From positions 10,161 through 74,160 of the forward strand of contig JBEIGD010000018.1 in NCBI GenBank assembly GCA_040382075.1: 64,000 bases of DNA, in the 5' to 3' direction. The DNA comes from Opitutaceae bacterium. GTDB taxonomy: Bacteria > Verrucomicrobiota > Verrucomicrobiia > Opitutales > Opitutaceae. The position numbers and the translations under genes were made by a program. The notes under the pieces were generated by a model that made no database searches, was not told the origin of the DNA, and worked only from the letters and a program-made list of their open reading frames with translations. Positions 55,997 through 64,000 of this stretch are shown here, in pieces (within the stretch, counting starts at the first letter, position 1; every line of letters starts with the position of its first letter).

Positions 55997-56926
55997 ATGG
56001 CAGCTCCCAAATCGCGTTTAGGTCGTGGACTCGGCGGACTGATTGCCGCTGCGGCTCCGAAGTCTGCCGAGGCCAAGCCGGCTGCGGCTTCCTCGTCGGC
56101 GAATCCCGCGTCTGCCGCCCCGGCGGCCGCGTCCGGGTTCATCGATGTCATGGTCTCGTCGATCGAGCCGAGTCCCTACCAGGCGCGGCGCGAGATCGTG
56201 GCGGAGCAGTTGCAGGAACTGGCGGAGAGCATTCGCAGTGAAGGTCTGCTGCAGCCGATCGTGGTCCGCCGTCACGGCGACAAATATCAGTTGGTGGCGG
56301 GTGAGAGGCGCTGGCGGGCGTTCCAGCTTCTCAAGATCAAGGTCATCCCAGCGCGTGTGGTGGAGGCGAGCAACGCCTCGTCGGCGGCGCTCGGTCTGAT
56401 TGAGAACTTGCAGCGCGAGGGCCTGAATCCCGTGGAAGAGGCGTATGGTTACGCCAGCTTGATCCGGGACTTCGATCTCACGCAGGAAGCGGCGGCGGAG
56501 CGGGTGGGGCGCAGCCGGGCCGCGGTGGCCAACTCCCTGCGACTGCTTTCGCTGGATGCGGAGAGTCAGGGGTATTTATCGAAAGGATTGTTGAGCGTCG
56601 GGCACGCGAAGGTGTTGCTCGGTGTCGACGACGCGGCGCAGCGGGCGGTGCTCGCGCGCCGCGTGATTGAGGAAGGGTTGAGCGTGAGGGGCACCGAACG
56701 CCTCGTGCTCGCACGCAAGGCCGGAGCTCCGGCACCGACCGGCCCGGCCAAGAAGGTACCGGCGGTCGAGGCTGCTGCCGTGGCCAGCATTGAGCGGAAA
56801 CTGGTGTCGCGTCTCGGTGCACGCGTCTCGCTACGGCACTCGCCGAAACGCGGCCGCATCGTGATCGAGTACGCCGGCAACGACGATCTGCACCGGATTC
56901 TGGAGAAGCTTGGCGTCGAGGCCTGA
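55997..56926 (+). CDS. parB: ParB/Spo0J-family partition protein
   Basis: LGRGLGGLI, IEPSPYQARR, LLQPIVVR, the GERRWRA (CTP-binding box) and an HTH (TQEAAAERVGRSRAAVANSLRLL). Confidence 0.9.
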   Translation: MAAPKSRLGRGLGGLIAAAAPKSAEAKPAAASSSANPASAAPAAASGFIDVMVSSIEPSPYQARREIVAEQLQELAESIRSEGLLQPIVVRRHGDKYQLVAGERRWRAFQLLKIKVIPARVVEASNASSAALGLIENLQREGLNPVEEAYGYASLIRDFDLTQEAAAERVGRSRAAVANSLRLLSLDAESQGYLSKGLLSVGHAKVLLGVDDAAQRAVLARRVIEEGLSVRGTERLVLARKAGAPAPTGPAKKVPAVEAAAVASIERKLVSRLGARVSLRHSPKRGRIVIEYAGNDDLHRILEKLGVEA

Positions 56927-56982
56927 TCCCGACCCGCGCGCGTATCCGATCCCGGTGGTCAGCCGGGAGTTTCCGCATTATT

Positions 56983-57007
56983 CCCACTGCATCAGTGGGT
57001 TTTAATT
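56983..57007 (+). terminator. Intrinsic terminator after parB
   Basis: CCCACT-GCATC-AGTGGG followed by TTTTAATT. A second inverted repeat AATTCCC/GGGAATT lies at 57004-57027. Confidence 0.5.
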
Positions 57008-57068
57008 CCCTAATTCTTTGGGGAATTAACTTGGCAGGCTGAAGAAAGCGCCTTCCTTTTGCGCCACG

Positions 57069-59009
57069 ATGTGGTGGCGCAGGGTGCGAGAGCGGATTTG
57101 GCCGCGCCGGGCGGAGGCCCGGGCGGAGCGGGTGCTGACTGAGGCCGTGGATGGCCTCAGCGACGTCGCTGACTACCTGCGCTACGACCCCGTTCCGCCG
57201 GTCTGGCGGGAGTTGCGCAAGTACTCCTGGGACAAGTTGCGGGCGGACGCCTTCGCGGCGGCGATGGTGGCGATCATTACCATCCCGCAGGCGCTGGGTT
57301 TTGCGCTCGTGGTCGGGATTCCGGTGCAGGCGGTGCTGATCACGGCGGTCATTGGCGGAGCGGTCTGTGCCATTCTCGGGACCTCGCGGCACCTGGTGTT
57401 TGGCCCGACCAATACCGTCTCGATCATTCTTGCGGGCGCGTTGTTGACGGTGACGGCGTCGCCGCTCACGCCGCTCCAGAAGGTCCTAGTGGTGGGTTTC
57501 ATGATGGGGGTGTTTCAGCTGGCGGCGGGCTTCTTCAAGTTGGGAACGCTGACCCACTTCATCTCGCGCACGGTGATCGTGGCGTACGTCACGGCGGTCG
57601 GCGTGTTGATTGCGGCGGGGCAGGTGGGGAACCTCCTGGGCCTGGGGCGACCGGATGACATCAGTCTGCCGGGGATCGTGGCGCACATCGCGGTGAGCGT
57701 GGTACGGTTTGATCTGAATCCCATGACGGCGGGGGTTGGGGTGGCGAGTCTGCTGCTGATGATCCTGATCCGGAAACTGCGCCCGCGCTGGCCGGAAGGT
57801 TTGATCGTGCTGGGAATCGGTGGCGCGTTGTCGCTGGGCTACAATCTCGCCGCCTTCCAAGTGCCGCTGGTCCGTGATGTCGGTGATGTGGTGGGGTACA
57901 TGCCGATTTTCGTGGGGTTTCCGACGAACGAAGCGGGTCTGGCGCTGATTCCGCAGCTGGCGAGCGTGGCGTTCGCGGCCGCGATTCTCGGCATGCTGGA
58001 GACAGTCTCGATCTCCAAGTCGCTCGCCGCCCGCTCCGGGCAAAAGATTAATGCCAATCAAGAGTTGGTGGCCATGGGTGCGGGCAACCTCGCGGCGACG
58101 GCATTCGGCGCGATGCCGGGCTCAAGCTCGTTCGTGCGCAGTGCGGTGTGCTACGAAGCCGGCGCCAAGACCCAGCTCGCGTCAATTTTTTCGAGCGGAA
58201 TCGTCTTGGCGCTGCTGGTGGCGACGGCGGCGGCGGTTGGGGTGATTCCCGTCGCCTCGCTCGCGGCCTACCTGATTTTGATCGCGATCCGCCTGGTCAA
58301 CTGGGAGCAGATCCGGATCACGCGTCGCGCGACGCGGTCCGACGGAGTGGTCTTCTGGGTGACGCTGGTCGCCGCGCTCTTTCTCCAACTCGACACGGCG
58401 GTGTACGTGGGCATCGGCACTTCCTTGGTGCTGTTCCTGCGCAAGGCGAGTGCCCCATCGCTGGTGGAGTACGGCTTCAACGACCAGGGCCAACTCGCGC
58501 AGCTGGAGGAACGCGGCAAGCGGCGGGACGCCGCGATTTCCATCGTTCACGTCGAGGGAGAATTGTTCTTCGGCGCGGCGGACCTGTTTCAGGAGCAGGT
58601 CCGGTACCTGGCGGATGATGACCAGATTCGGGTGGTGATCCTGCGCATGAAAAACGCGCGGCATTTGGACGCCACGACGGTGCTCTCCCTGCTGCAGTTG
58701 CACGATTACCTGCGTAAGACCCAGCGCCATCTGTTGATCAGTGGCATCAACGAGGACGTGGAGACGGTCCTGCGGCGCTCCGGGGCCTATCGGAAGATCG
58801 GAGGGGAGAACATCTTTCCGGCGGAGGCGAACCTGACGATGAGCACGAAGCGGGCATTGCTCCGGGCGAGGGCCCTGCTTGAGGAAGACCATGGCCGCGC
58901 GGGCGGAAAGGCGGACGTGAGGATCTTCTATGACCGCAAACGCGGGGGGCAGGGGGAGTCGGCGGCCTCCCAGGCACCCAAGGGGCCAGTGGAGGACTAT
59001 CAGATCTGA
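57069..59009 (+). CDS. SulP-family anion transporter with C-terminal STAS domain
   Basis: Multi-pass membrane domain. STAS sequence IVHVEGELFFGAADLF...VVILRMKNARHLDATTVLSLLQL. Confidence 0.8.
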   Translation: MWWRRVRERIWPRRAEARAERVLTEAVDGLSDVADYLRYDPVPPVWRELRKYSWDKLRADAFAAAMVAIITIPQALGFALVVGIPVQAVLITAVIGGAVCAILGTSRHLVFGPTNTVSIILAGALLTVTASPLTPLQKVLVVGFMMGVFQLAAGFFKLGTLTHFISRTVIVAYVTAVGVLIAAGQVGNLLGLGRPDDISLPGIVAHIAVSVVRFDLNPMTAGVGVASLLLMILIRKLRPRWPEGLIVLGIGGALSLGYNLAAFQVPLVRDVGDVVGYMPIFVGFPTNEAGLALIPQLASVAFAAAILGMLETVSISKSLAARSGQKINANQELVAMGAGNLAATAFGAMPGSSSFVRSAVCYEAGAKTQLASIFSSGIVLALLVATAAAVGVIPVASLAAYLILIAIRLVNWEQIRITRRATRSDGVVFWVTLVAALFLQLDTAVYVGIGTSLVLFLRKASAPSLVEYGFNDQGQLAQLEERGKRRDAAISIVHVEGELFFGAADLFQEQVRYLADDDQIRVVILRMKNARHLDATTVLSLLQLHDYLRKTQRHLLISGINEDVETVLRRSGAYRKIGGENIFPAEANLTMSTKRALLRARALLEEDHGRAGGKADVRIFYDRKRGGQGESAASQAPKGPVEDYQI

Positions 59010-59074
59010 GTCGGATCGTAGCGAGGTGGGCATTGACAACCGGGGTGGACGACGGTTTTTTACCCTGTTTCCCC

Positions 59075-59416
59075 ATGAGCATCGTCATCGGCATCCTTAC
59101 GTTCGTTCTCATCCTGCTCTCGCTCTTCATCGTGCTGGTCGTGCTGGCGCAGAAGGCGAAGGACGGAGGCGTGGGTGCGGCCTTGGGTGGTGGAGCCACC
59201 GAGGCGGCCTTTGGTGCGGAGACGGGCAACGTCCTCTCCCGGGCTACGATCAATGCCTCGATCGCGTTCTTCGTTCTGAGTTTCGCGCTCTACCTGGGCC
59301 ACATCTATCAGCGTAAGCAGGCGGCGGCGACGGGTGGTTCGCTGCCGACGATCACGGTCCCGGCCGCAACCCCCGCTCCCGCGGTCCCGGCTCCGGCGGC
59401 CCCCAAGGCCCCGTAA
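59075..59416 (+). CDS. secG: Preprotein translocase subunit SecG with Ala/Pro-rich C-terminal extension
   Basis: Start at ATG 59075. Two TM helices flank KDGGVGAALGGGATEAAFGA, the SecG Gly-rich loop. Confidence 0.75.
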   Translation: MSIVIGILTFVLILLSLFIVLVVLAQKAKDGGVGAALGGGATEAAFGAETGNVLSRATINASIAFFVLSFALYLGHIYQRKQAAATGGSLPTITVPAATPAPAVPAPAAPKAP

Positions 59417-59427
59417 AGCCGATTGGA

Positions 59428-60348
59428 GTGGAGATGAAGGTCCCACGGAGGTTCCGGCGCTTGCCGCGAGCCGCTGCGGGCTGGGTGCTGGGTGCGGGAA
59501 TGTTGCTCGCTTGGTCGGGCGCGATCAGCCCCGCGCAGGCACAATCGAGGCGCGTCCGTCCCCCTGCTGATTACGTGCAGCTTTCCCCGCCGGACCAGGC
59601 GGAGGGCCGCGCCATTTTGGAATCGTTTCGGCGCAGCGATCTCGGGGGTGACTGCCACCTTGAATTTCAGCTCCGTGTCCTCCCGCGCCGTGGTGAGGAG
59701 CGTCTCGTGGCGGGTCGGCTCTGGCAACAGGTTGCGCGTGACGGGGTGGCGCGCCGGGTGGAGCTGCAGGCAGGAGCGACCCCAGACTCACCCGTGGCGT
59801 TGCGTTTGCTGCTCCGGGGCGGCGAGCCGGGGGGCATCTGGCGGTGGCGGGCCGACTCGGCCGGCGCCGCCGAGCGCCTCGGAGGAGCATCCCTGTTCGA
59901 AGGTTTGTCGGGCACCGACGTGACGCCCTTTGACCTGGGGATGCCGTTTCTCGAGTGGCGCGAGTTTGCCTACGAGGGATTGAAGAAAGTCCGGGGGCGA
60001 CCGACGCATGCGTTTCTGCTTTATCCGCCGGACAGTGTCGCCGGCGTTCGCCCTGACCTCGTTGCCGTGCGGGTCTTCATCGATGCGCAGTTTCAGGCCC
60101 TAGTGCAGGTCGAGCATCTCGGTGAAGGTGCGAGGGCCCTGCGCTCGGTGCACGTCAATGACCTCAAGCGGCTGGGTGAGCGCTGGATCGTGAAGAGCCT
60201 GGATGTGCGTGACGATGCGACGCGCAACAAGACGCGGATCACCTTTGTCGGGGCAGCGCTGGATACAGAGTTTGCCGAAGCCCTGTTCACGCCCGAGGAA
60301 CTCGGTGCCGCGATCGCTCCGCCCGAGCTCACCTTGATTGCGCCATGA
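59428..60348 (+). CDS. Secreted hypothetical protein (possibly LolA-like outer-membrane lipoprotein-sorting fold)
   Basis: Signal peptide. Weak resemblance to LolA-like sorting proteins (KVRGRPTHAFLLYP...WIVKSLDVRD). No firm motif. Confidence 0.4.
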   Translation: MEMKVPRRFRRLPRAAAGWVLGAGMLLAWSGAISPAQAQSRRVRPPADYVQLSPPDQAEGRAILESFRRSDLGGDCHLEFQLRVLPRRGEERLVAGRLWQQVARDGVARRVELQAGATPDSPVALRLLLRGGEPGGIWRWRADSAGAAERLGGASLFEGLSGTDVTPFDLGMPFLEWREFAYEGLKKVRGRPTHAFLLYPPDSVAGVRPDLVAVRVFIDAQFQALVQVEHLGEGARALRSVHVNDLKRLGERWIVKSLDVRDDATRNKTRITFVGAALDTEFAEALFTPEELGAAIAPPELTLIAP

Positions 60349-61004
60349 ATATCCCCGTGAAGGCCGTGGTCTTCGACCTCGATGGTACGTTGGTGGACAG
60401 CATGCCGATGGTACTGCGGGCCTACGCCCATGCGCTCGAGCCGTTCGTGCCGCCGATGAGCCCGCACGACCTCTTCCTGCGTCTCGGCGCTCCGCCGGAG
60501 CGCACCTTCGCGGAAATGCTCGCAGGGCCCACCGAGGTGGCCGCAGCGATGCAGCGGCTGGTGGAGTACTCCTCGTCGCACTGGCATCACATCCAGACCT
60601 TTCAAGGAATGCATGACGTGCTCCGGGACCTGCGCGCGGCGGCCCGCCGCACCGCCATCTGGACGGGGCGGGATCGGCGCTCGACCGAGGCAATCATGCG
60701 CGAGCACCGACTGGAGGCATGGGTTGAGGAGCTCGTGTGCGGCGATGATCTGCCCTCGCACAAACCCGATCCCGCCGGCCTCAGCGCAGTGCTGGACCGC
60801 CTCGGCGCCAGGCCGCACGAAGTGTTTTTCGCCGGGGATGCCGACGTCGACGTGCTCGCCGGTCACGCCATCGGCGTGCGCACGGTGTTGATTCGACACG
60901 GCCGTCCGGTCGCCGACGAGGTGCTGCGGCGCGCGTGGCGCGTCGTGGAGACCCCGACTGACGCCTACGCGCTCCTGCGCCAGGCGGCCGGAAGTGTCGG
61001 GTAA
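60345..61004 (+). CDS. HAD-IA family hydrolase (phosphoglycolate-phosphatase-like)
   Basis: Motif I VVFDLDGTLVDS and motif IV FAGDADVDVLAG. ATGA overlap with the upstream gene. Confidence 0.8.
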   Translation: MNIPVKAVVFDLDGTLVDSMPMVLRAYAHALEPFVPPMSPHDLFLRLGAPPERTFAEMLAGPTEVAAAMQRLVEYSSSHWHHIQTFQGMHDVLRDLRAAARRTAIWTGRDRRSTEAIMREHRLEAWVEELVCGDDLPSHKPDPAGLSAVLDRLGARPHEVFFAGDADVDVLAGHAIGVRTVLIRHGRPVADEVLRRAWRVVETPTDAYALLRQAAGSVG

Positions 61005-61272
61005 GTGTAGCGCTGCCCAAGGGCCAGCCGTGCGGGGCGGGCCGGATTCCCCCGTGGTGAAGGCCGCGCGGAAGTCGGTAATTGGCCGACCGGATCGAGT
61101 GGCTCGAGGAGGGAGTTGGCCTTGATGCAGGTATAAAAAGTGGCACCGATCTGGGTGTTTTATCCTGTAACCAAAATCCAATGACATGAGCAATATCGGG
61201 TGCGGTGCGATTTCCATTGCGGATACAACGGGGGCGGTCCTACGAATTTCACCGAACTTCCACCTAAACCTC

Positions 61273-61590
61273 ATGGCCTCCAAGAAATCCACTGTTGCCA
61301 ATCCTGTCACGTTCGAGCTCCCGCTCACGCTGATTGATAAAATCGAGCAGGCTCGCGCCAAGCGCGGCCTCAAGTCCGTCAGTGAGGTGATCCGCGTGGC
61401 GCTGGAGCAGTTCAACTACGCCGCGTATCAGGTCGCGCGGGTTGAGCAGCGCCAGATTTCCGTGCGCCTTCCGGACGTGCTGAAGAAGAACCTGCAGCGG
61501 CAGGCGCGCCTGAAGCGCACGAGCGCGGGCGAGATCCTCCGGGCGGCCATCGATGACCTCCCGGCGGCCGGGGCAAAGAAGAAGCGCTGA
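61273..61590 (+). CDS. Small protein with two tandem ribbon-helix-helix (CopG/Arc-like) units
   Basis: Start at ATG 61273. Unit 1 is VTFELPLTLIDKIEQARAKRGLKSVSEVIRVALEQF. Unit 2 is QISVRLPDVLKKNLQRQARLKRTSAGEILRAAIDDL. Lys-rich tail. Confidence 0.6.
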   Translation: MASKKSTVANPVTFELPLTLIDKIEQARAKRGLKSVSEVIRVALEQFNYAAYQVARVEQRQISVRLPDVLKKNLQRQARLKRTSAGEILRAAIDDLPAAGAKKKR

Positions 61591-61698
61591 GCGCTCCAAT
61601 CTGGGCCGGGCTTTCCGGTCCGCCCCGACGACAAGGCCGCGCGTCAAAGCGCGGCCTTGCCTTTGCCGGGGTCGGCTGGTTGCGTCGGCGTATTGTCC

Positions 61699-62886
61699 AT
61701 GAGCAGCTCACCCGCCCCCCTTTCCACCTGGGCCCGTAATATCTCTCCTTCGCCGACCCTGGCGGTCGATGCGAAGGCCAAGGCACTGCAGGCCGCCGGC
61801 GAGGACGTCTGCGGATTCGCCGCCGGCGAGCCGGATTTCGACACGCCGCAACACATCAAGGATGCGTGCGCCGCGGCGCTGGCGTCCGGCAAGACCAAGT
61901 ACGCGCCGACCCCCGGCATCGAGCCGCTCCGGGCGGCGATCGCGGCGCGCTACCAGACCGAGTACGGCTGGAAGGTGGCGGCGTCCCAAGTCATCGTTTC
62001 CCCGGGCGGCAAGTTCTCCTGCTACCTCGGCGTGCTTGCGACCTGTTCGCCGGGCGACGAGGTGATCGTGCCGGCGCCGTTTTGGGTAAGCTATCCGGAG
62101 ATGGTGAAACTGGCCGGCGCGACCCCGCGGATCGTCCTCGCGGACGATCGCGCCGGCTTCAAGCTCACGCCGGCGGCGCTGGAGGCGGCGATCACGCCGC
62201 GAACCCGGCTGGTGATCCTGAATTCTCCGTCGAATCCCACGGGTGCCGTGTACCGCCGGGAGGAGCTGGCGGCGCTGGTCGAGGTGGCGGTCCGGCACAA
62301 TCTCTACATCCTCTCGGACGAGATGTACGAGCATCTCGTTTATGACGGCGCGCGACCGACGTGCGTCGCGACGCTGAGTCCGGAAGCGGAGGCCCGCACG
62401 ATCGTGGTCGCCGGATTCTCGAAGACCTATGCGATGACGGGTTGGCGGCTCGGGACCACGGTGGCCCCGGCGCCGATTGCCAAGGCGATTTCGGAGCTGC
62501 AGAGCCAGATGACCTCCAACGTGACGACCTTCGCGCAGTATGGCGCGCTGGCGGCCCTGCAGGAGAAGGAGAAGACCACCGCGGCTCTCTCCGTCATGCT
62601 GGCGGCGTTCGACCGGCGTCGGCGTAGCCTTCATGCCTCGCTTAACGCGATCCCAGGCATCACGTGCTTGCTGGCTGAAGGTGCCTTCTACCTCTTCCCG
62701 AACATCTCGAGCTTTGGGATCTCGGACCAGGAATTCTGCGCGCGCCTGCTCGACCAAGAGAAGGTGGCGGCGGTTCCGGGGAGTGCGTTCGGTGCGCCGG
62801 GCTATCTGCGGCTGAGCTACGCGACGAGCGACGCCATTATCGCCAAGGGCGTGGAGCGTCTGGCGCGGTTCTGCCGCGGGCTCTGA
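61699..62886 (+). CDS. Aspartate/aromatic-type class I aminotransferase
   Basis: Start at ATG 61699. [21 protein letters not shown] and the PLP-lysine context [13 protein letters not shown]. Confidence 0.85.
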   Translation: MSSSPAPLSTWARNISPSPTLAVDAKAKALQAAGEDVCGFAAGEPDFDTPQHIKDACAAALASGKTKYAPTPGIEPLRAAIAARYQTEYGWKVAASQVIVSPGGKFSCYLGVLATCSPGDEVIVPAPFWVSYPEMVKLAGATPRIVLADDRAGFKLTPAALEAAITPRTRLVILNSPSNPTGAVYRREELAALVEVAVRHNLYILSDEMYEHLVYDGARPTCVATLSPEAEARTIVVAGFSKTYAMTGWRLGTTVAPAPIAKAISELQSQMTSNVTTFAQYGALAALQEKEKTTAALSVMLAAFDRRRRSLHASLNAIPGITCLLAEGAFYLFPNISSFGISDQEFCARLLDQEKVAAVPGSAFGAPGYLRLSYATSDAIIAKGVERLARFCRGL

Positions 62887-62909
62887 GCTTGGCCCGCGAG
62901 GCGGTCCGC

Positions 62910-63800
62910 ATGTTCTCCGCCGGTTCCCTTCGCGTCTGGCTCGCGGCCACTCGGCCGCGGACGTTGCCCGCCGCCGTGGCGCCGGTGCTGGTGGGCACGG
63001 CTCTGGCGTGGCACGACGGACGCTGGATCCCGGCAGCGGCGCTCTACTGTCTCGCGTTCGCGCTGTTGGTGCAGATCGCGACCAACTTCGCGAACGACTA
63101 TTACGACTTCGTGAAGGGGGCCGACACGGCGGAGCGGGTCGGCCCGAGGCGTGCGGTGGCCAGTGGCTTAATCGCGCCGGGCGTCATGCGCCGGGCGATG
63201 CTCATCACCTTCGCCGCCGCGTTCGCGGCTGGCCTCGGCCTGCTGCCCTACGGTGGCTGGCCCTTGCTCGTGATCGGGATCGCGAGCATCCTGAGTGGCG
63301 TGGCCTACACGGGAGGACCGTATCCGCTTGGCTATAACGGACTCGGGGACGTCTTCGTATTTTTTTTCTTCGGACTGGTGGCGGTCGGCGCCACCTACTT
63401 CGTCCAGGCGGGGACGCCCGGGGGAGTGGTTTGGCTCGCCGGATCCGCAATCGGACTCCTGGCGGCGAATATTCTGGTCACGAACAATCTACGCGATGCG
63501 GACACCGATGTCCGGGCGGGCAAGCGCACGACAGTCGTTCGTTTTGGGAGAAATTTTGGCCGAGCCCAGTTTGCACTCTCGCATGCGTTCGCGCTGCTGG
63601 TGCCGGTGGTTCTCCTGGGGCGGGGGGCGTCGGGTTGGATCCTGCTTCCGTGTGTGCTTGCTCCCGTCGCGTGGACCCAGACCCGCCGCGTCTATCGCGA
63701 AACAGCCCCGGCCCAGCTCATCGTCCTTCTCGGCCAGTCAGGACGTTACGTGGCGCTGTACGCGCTGCTGTTCGCGGTGGGTGTGATGCTGGATCGCTGA
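62910..63800 (+). CDS. menA: 1,4-dihydroxy-2-naphthoate polyprenyltransferase (UbiA superfamily)
   Basis: RPRTLPAAVAPVLVG and the NFANDYYDF Asp-rich motif, with a second motif NNLRDADTD. Alternative TTG start at 62889. Confidence 0.8.
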   Translation: MFSAGSLRVWLAATRPRTLPAAVAPVLVGTALAWHDGRWIPAAALYCLAFALLVQIATNFANDYYDFVKGADTAERVGPRRAVASGLIAPGVMRRAMLITFAAAFAAGLGLLPYGGWPLLVIGIASILSGVAYTGGPYPLGYNGLGDVFVFFFFGLVAVGATYFVQAGTPGGVVWLAGSAIGLLAANILVTNNLRDADTDVRAGKRTTVVRFGRNFGRAQFALSHAFALLVPVVLLGRGASGWILLPCVLAPVAWTQTRRVYRETAPAQLIVLLGQSGRYVALYALLFAVGVMLDR

Positions 63801-63809
63801 GCCTGAGCG

Positions 63810-63836
63810 AAAAAAAGCACCGCCACGAGGCGGTGC
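63810..63836 (-). terminator. Intrinsic terminator of trxA (minus strand), between the convergent menA and trxA
   Basis: GCACCGCC-ACGA-GGCGGTGC (63817-63836) is preceded on the plus strand by AAAAAAA. On the minus strand this reads as a hairpin followed by TTTTTTT. Confidence 0.7.
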
Positions 63837-63876
63837 CGGAGAGTGAAAGCCGAGTTGGGCTCGGCCAACGCGCGTC

Positions 63877-64000
63877 CTCAGATCTTGGCCAGCAGCCGTT
63901 CCTTGAGTGCCGGCTTTTGGATCATCCCCACGAGCGTGTCCACTAACGTGCCGCCCTTGAAGAGCAGCATCGTCGGGATCGCGCGGACGTTGTACTGTGC
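63877..64000 (-). CDS. trxA: Thioredoxin, C-terminal part only (5' end off the window)
   Basis: My own reverse translation gives ...AQYNVRAIPTMLLFKGGTLVDTLVGMIQKPALKERLLAKI-stop, a typical thioredoxin C-terminus. Confidence 0.7.

Noticed and set aside
61005-61272. 268-bp non-coding gap examined for a tRNA or small RNA (6S, SRP, RNase P fragments).
   Set aside because: No T-loop or anticodon-arm pattern, no conserved SRP or RNase P boxes and no flanking terminator were seen. It is more simply the promoter/leader of the RHH gene.

Overview
This is a GC-rich bacterial chromosomal segment, roughly two-thirds G+C by eye. No rRNA, tRNA, CRISPR array, transposase or integrase was recognised. The gene content includes four SusD-less TonB-dependent receptors (TBDRs), Cys-type sulfatases, Tat-exported xylose-isomerase-like TIM barrels, a multi-CxxCH cytochrome paired with a beta-propeller, and an FG-GAP propeller. 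This resembles Verrucomicrobiota (Opitutaceae-like), but that assignment is inference only. Positions 1-48.5 kb are accessory catabolic islands. (i) 1-7.6 kb is a same-strand phosphate-scavenging operon: 5'-nucleotidase, TBDR, PhoD, GlpQ and a PAP-like esterase. (ii) 7.9-21.5 kb is a PUL-like cluster with two TBDRs, an 8-repeat FG-GAP propeller coupled to a DapA-family enzyme, a LacI regulator, an FGGY kinase and an oxidoreductase. (iii) 21.7-35.8 kb is a locus bounded by two sulfatases. It holds a TBDR, a divergent crotonase/CoA-transferase pair, a FadR-type GntR regulator and a translationally coupled operon of a Tat TIM barrel, a 5xCxxCH cytochrome and a propeller. A repeated TTGT-NN-ACAA operator box ties these units together. 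(iv) 37.7-46.1 kb holds sugar-acid genes, a PhyH dioxygenase, a propeller hydrolase-like protein and two decayed genes. (v) 46.2-48.5 kb encodes one large modular secreted protein with a low-GC N-terminal domain and a tandemly duplicated C-terminal module. Positions 48.6-64 kb are housekeeping genes (argA-like, lrp plus aminotransferase, der, fmt, parB, SulP, secG, menA, trxA). The many long ORFs antisense to these genes in the ORF track are GC-rich shadow frames. The best candidates for something undescribed are the GntR-box regulon with its periplasmic cytochrome-linked operon, and the modular 765-aa secreted protein. Neither function can be established from sequence alone.
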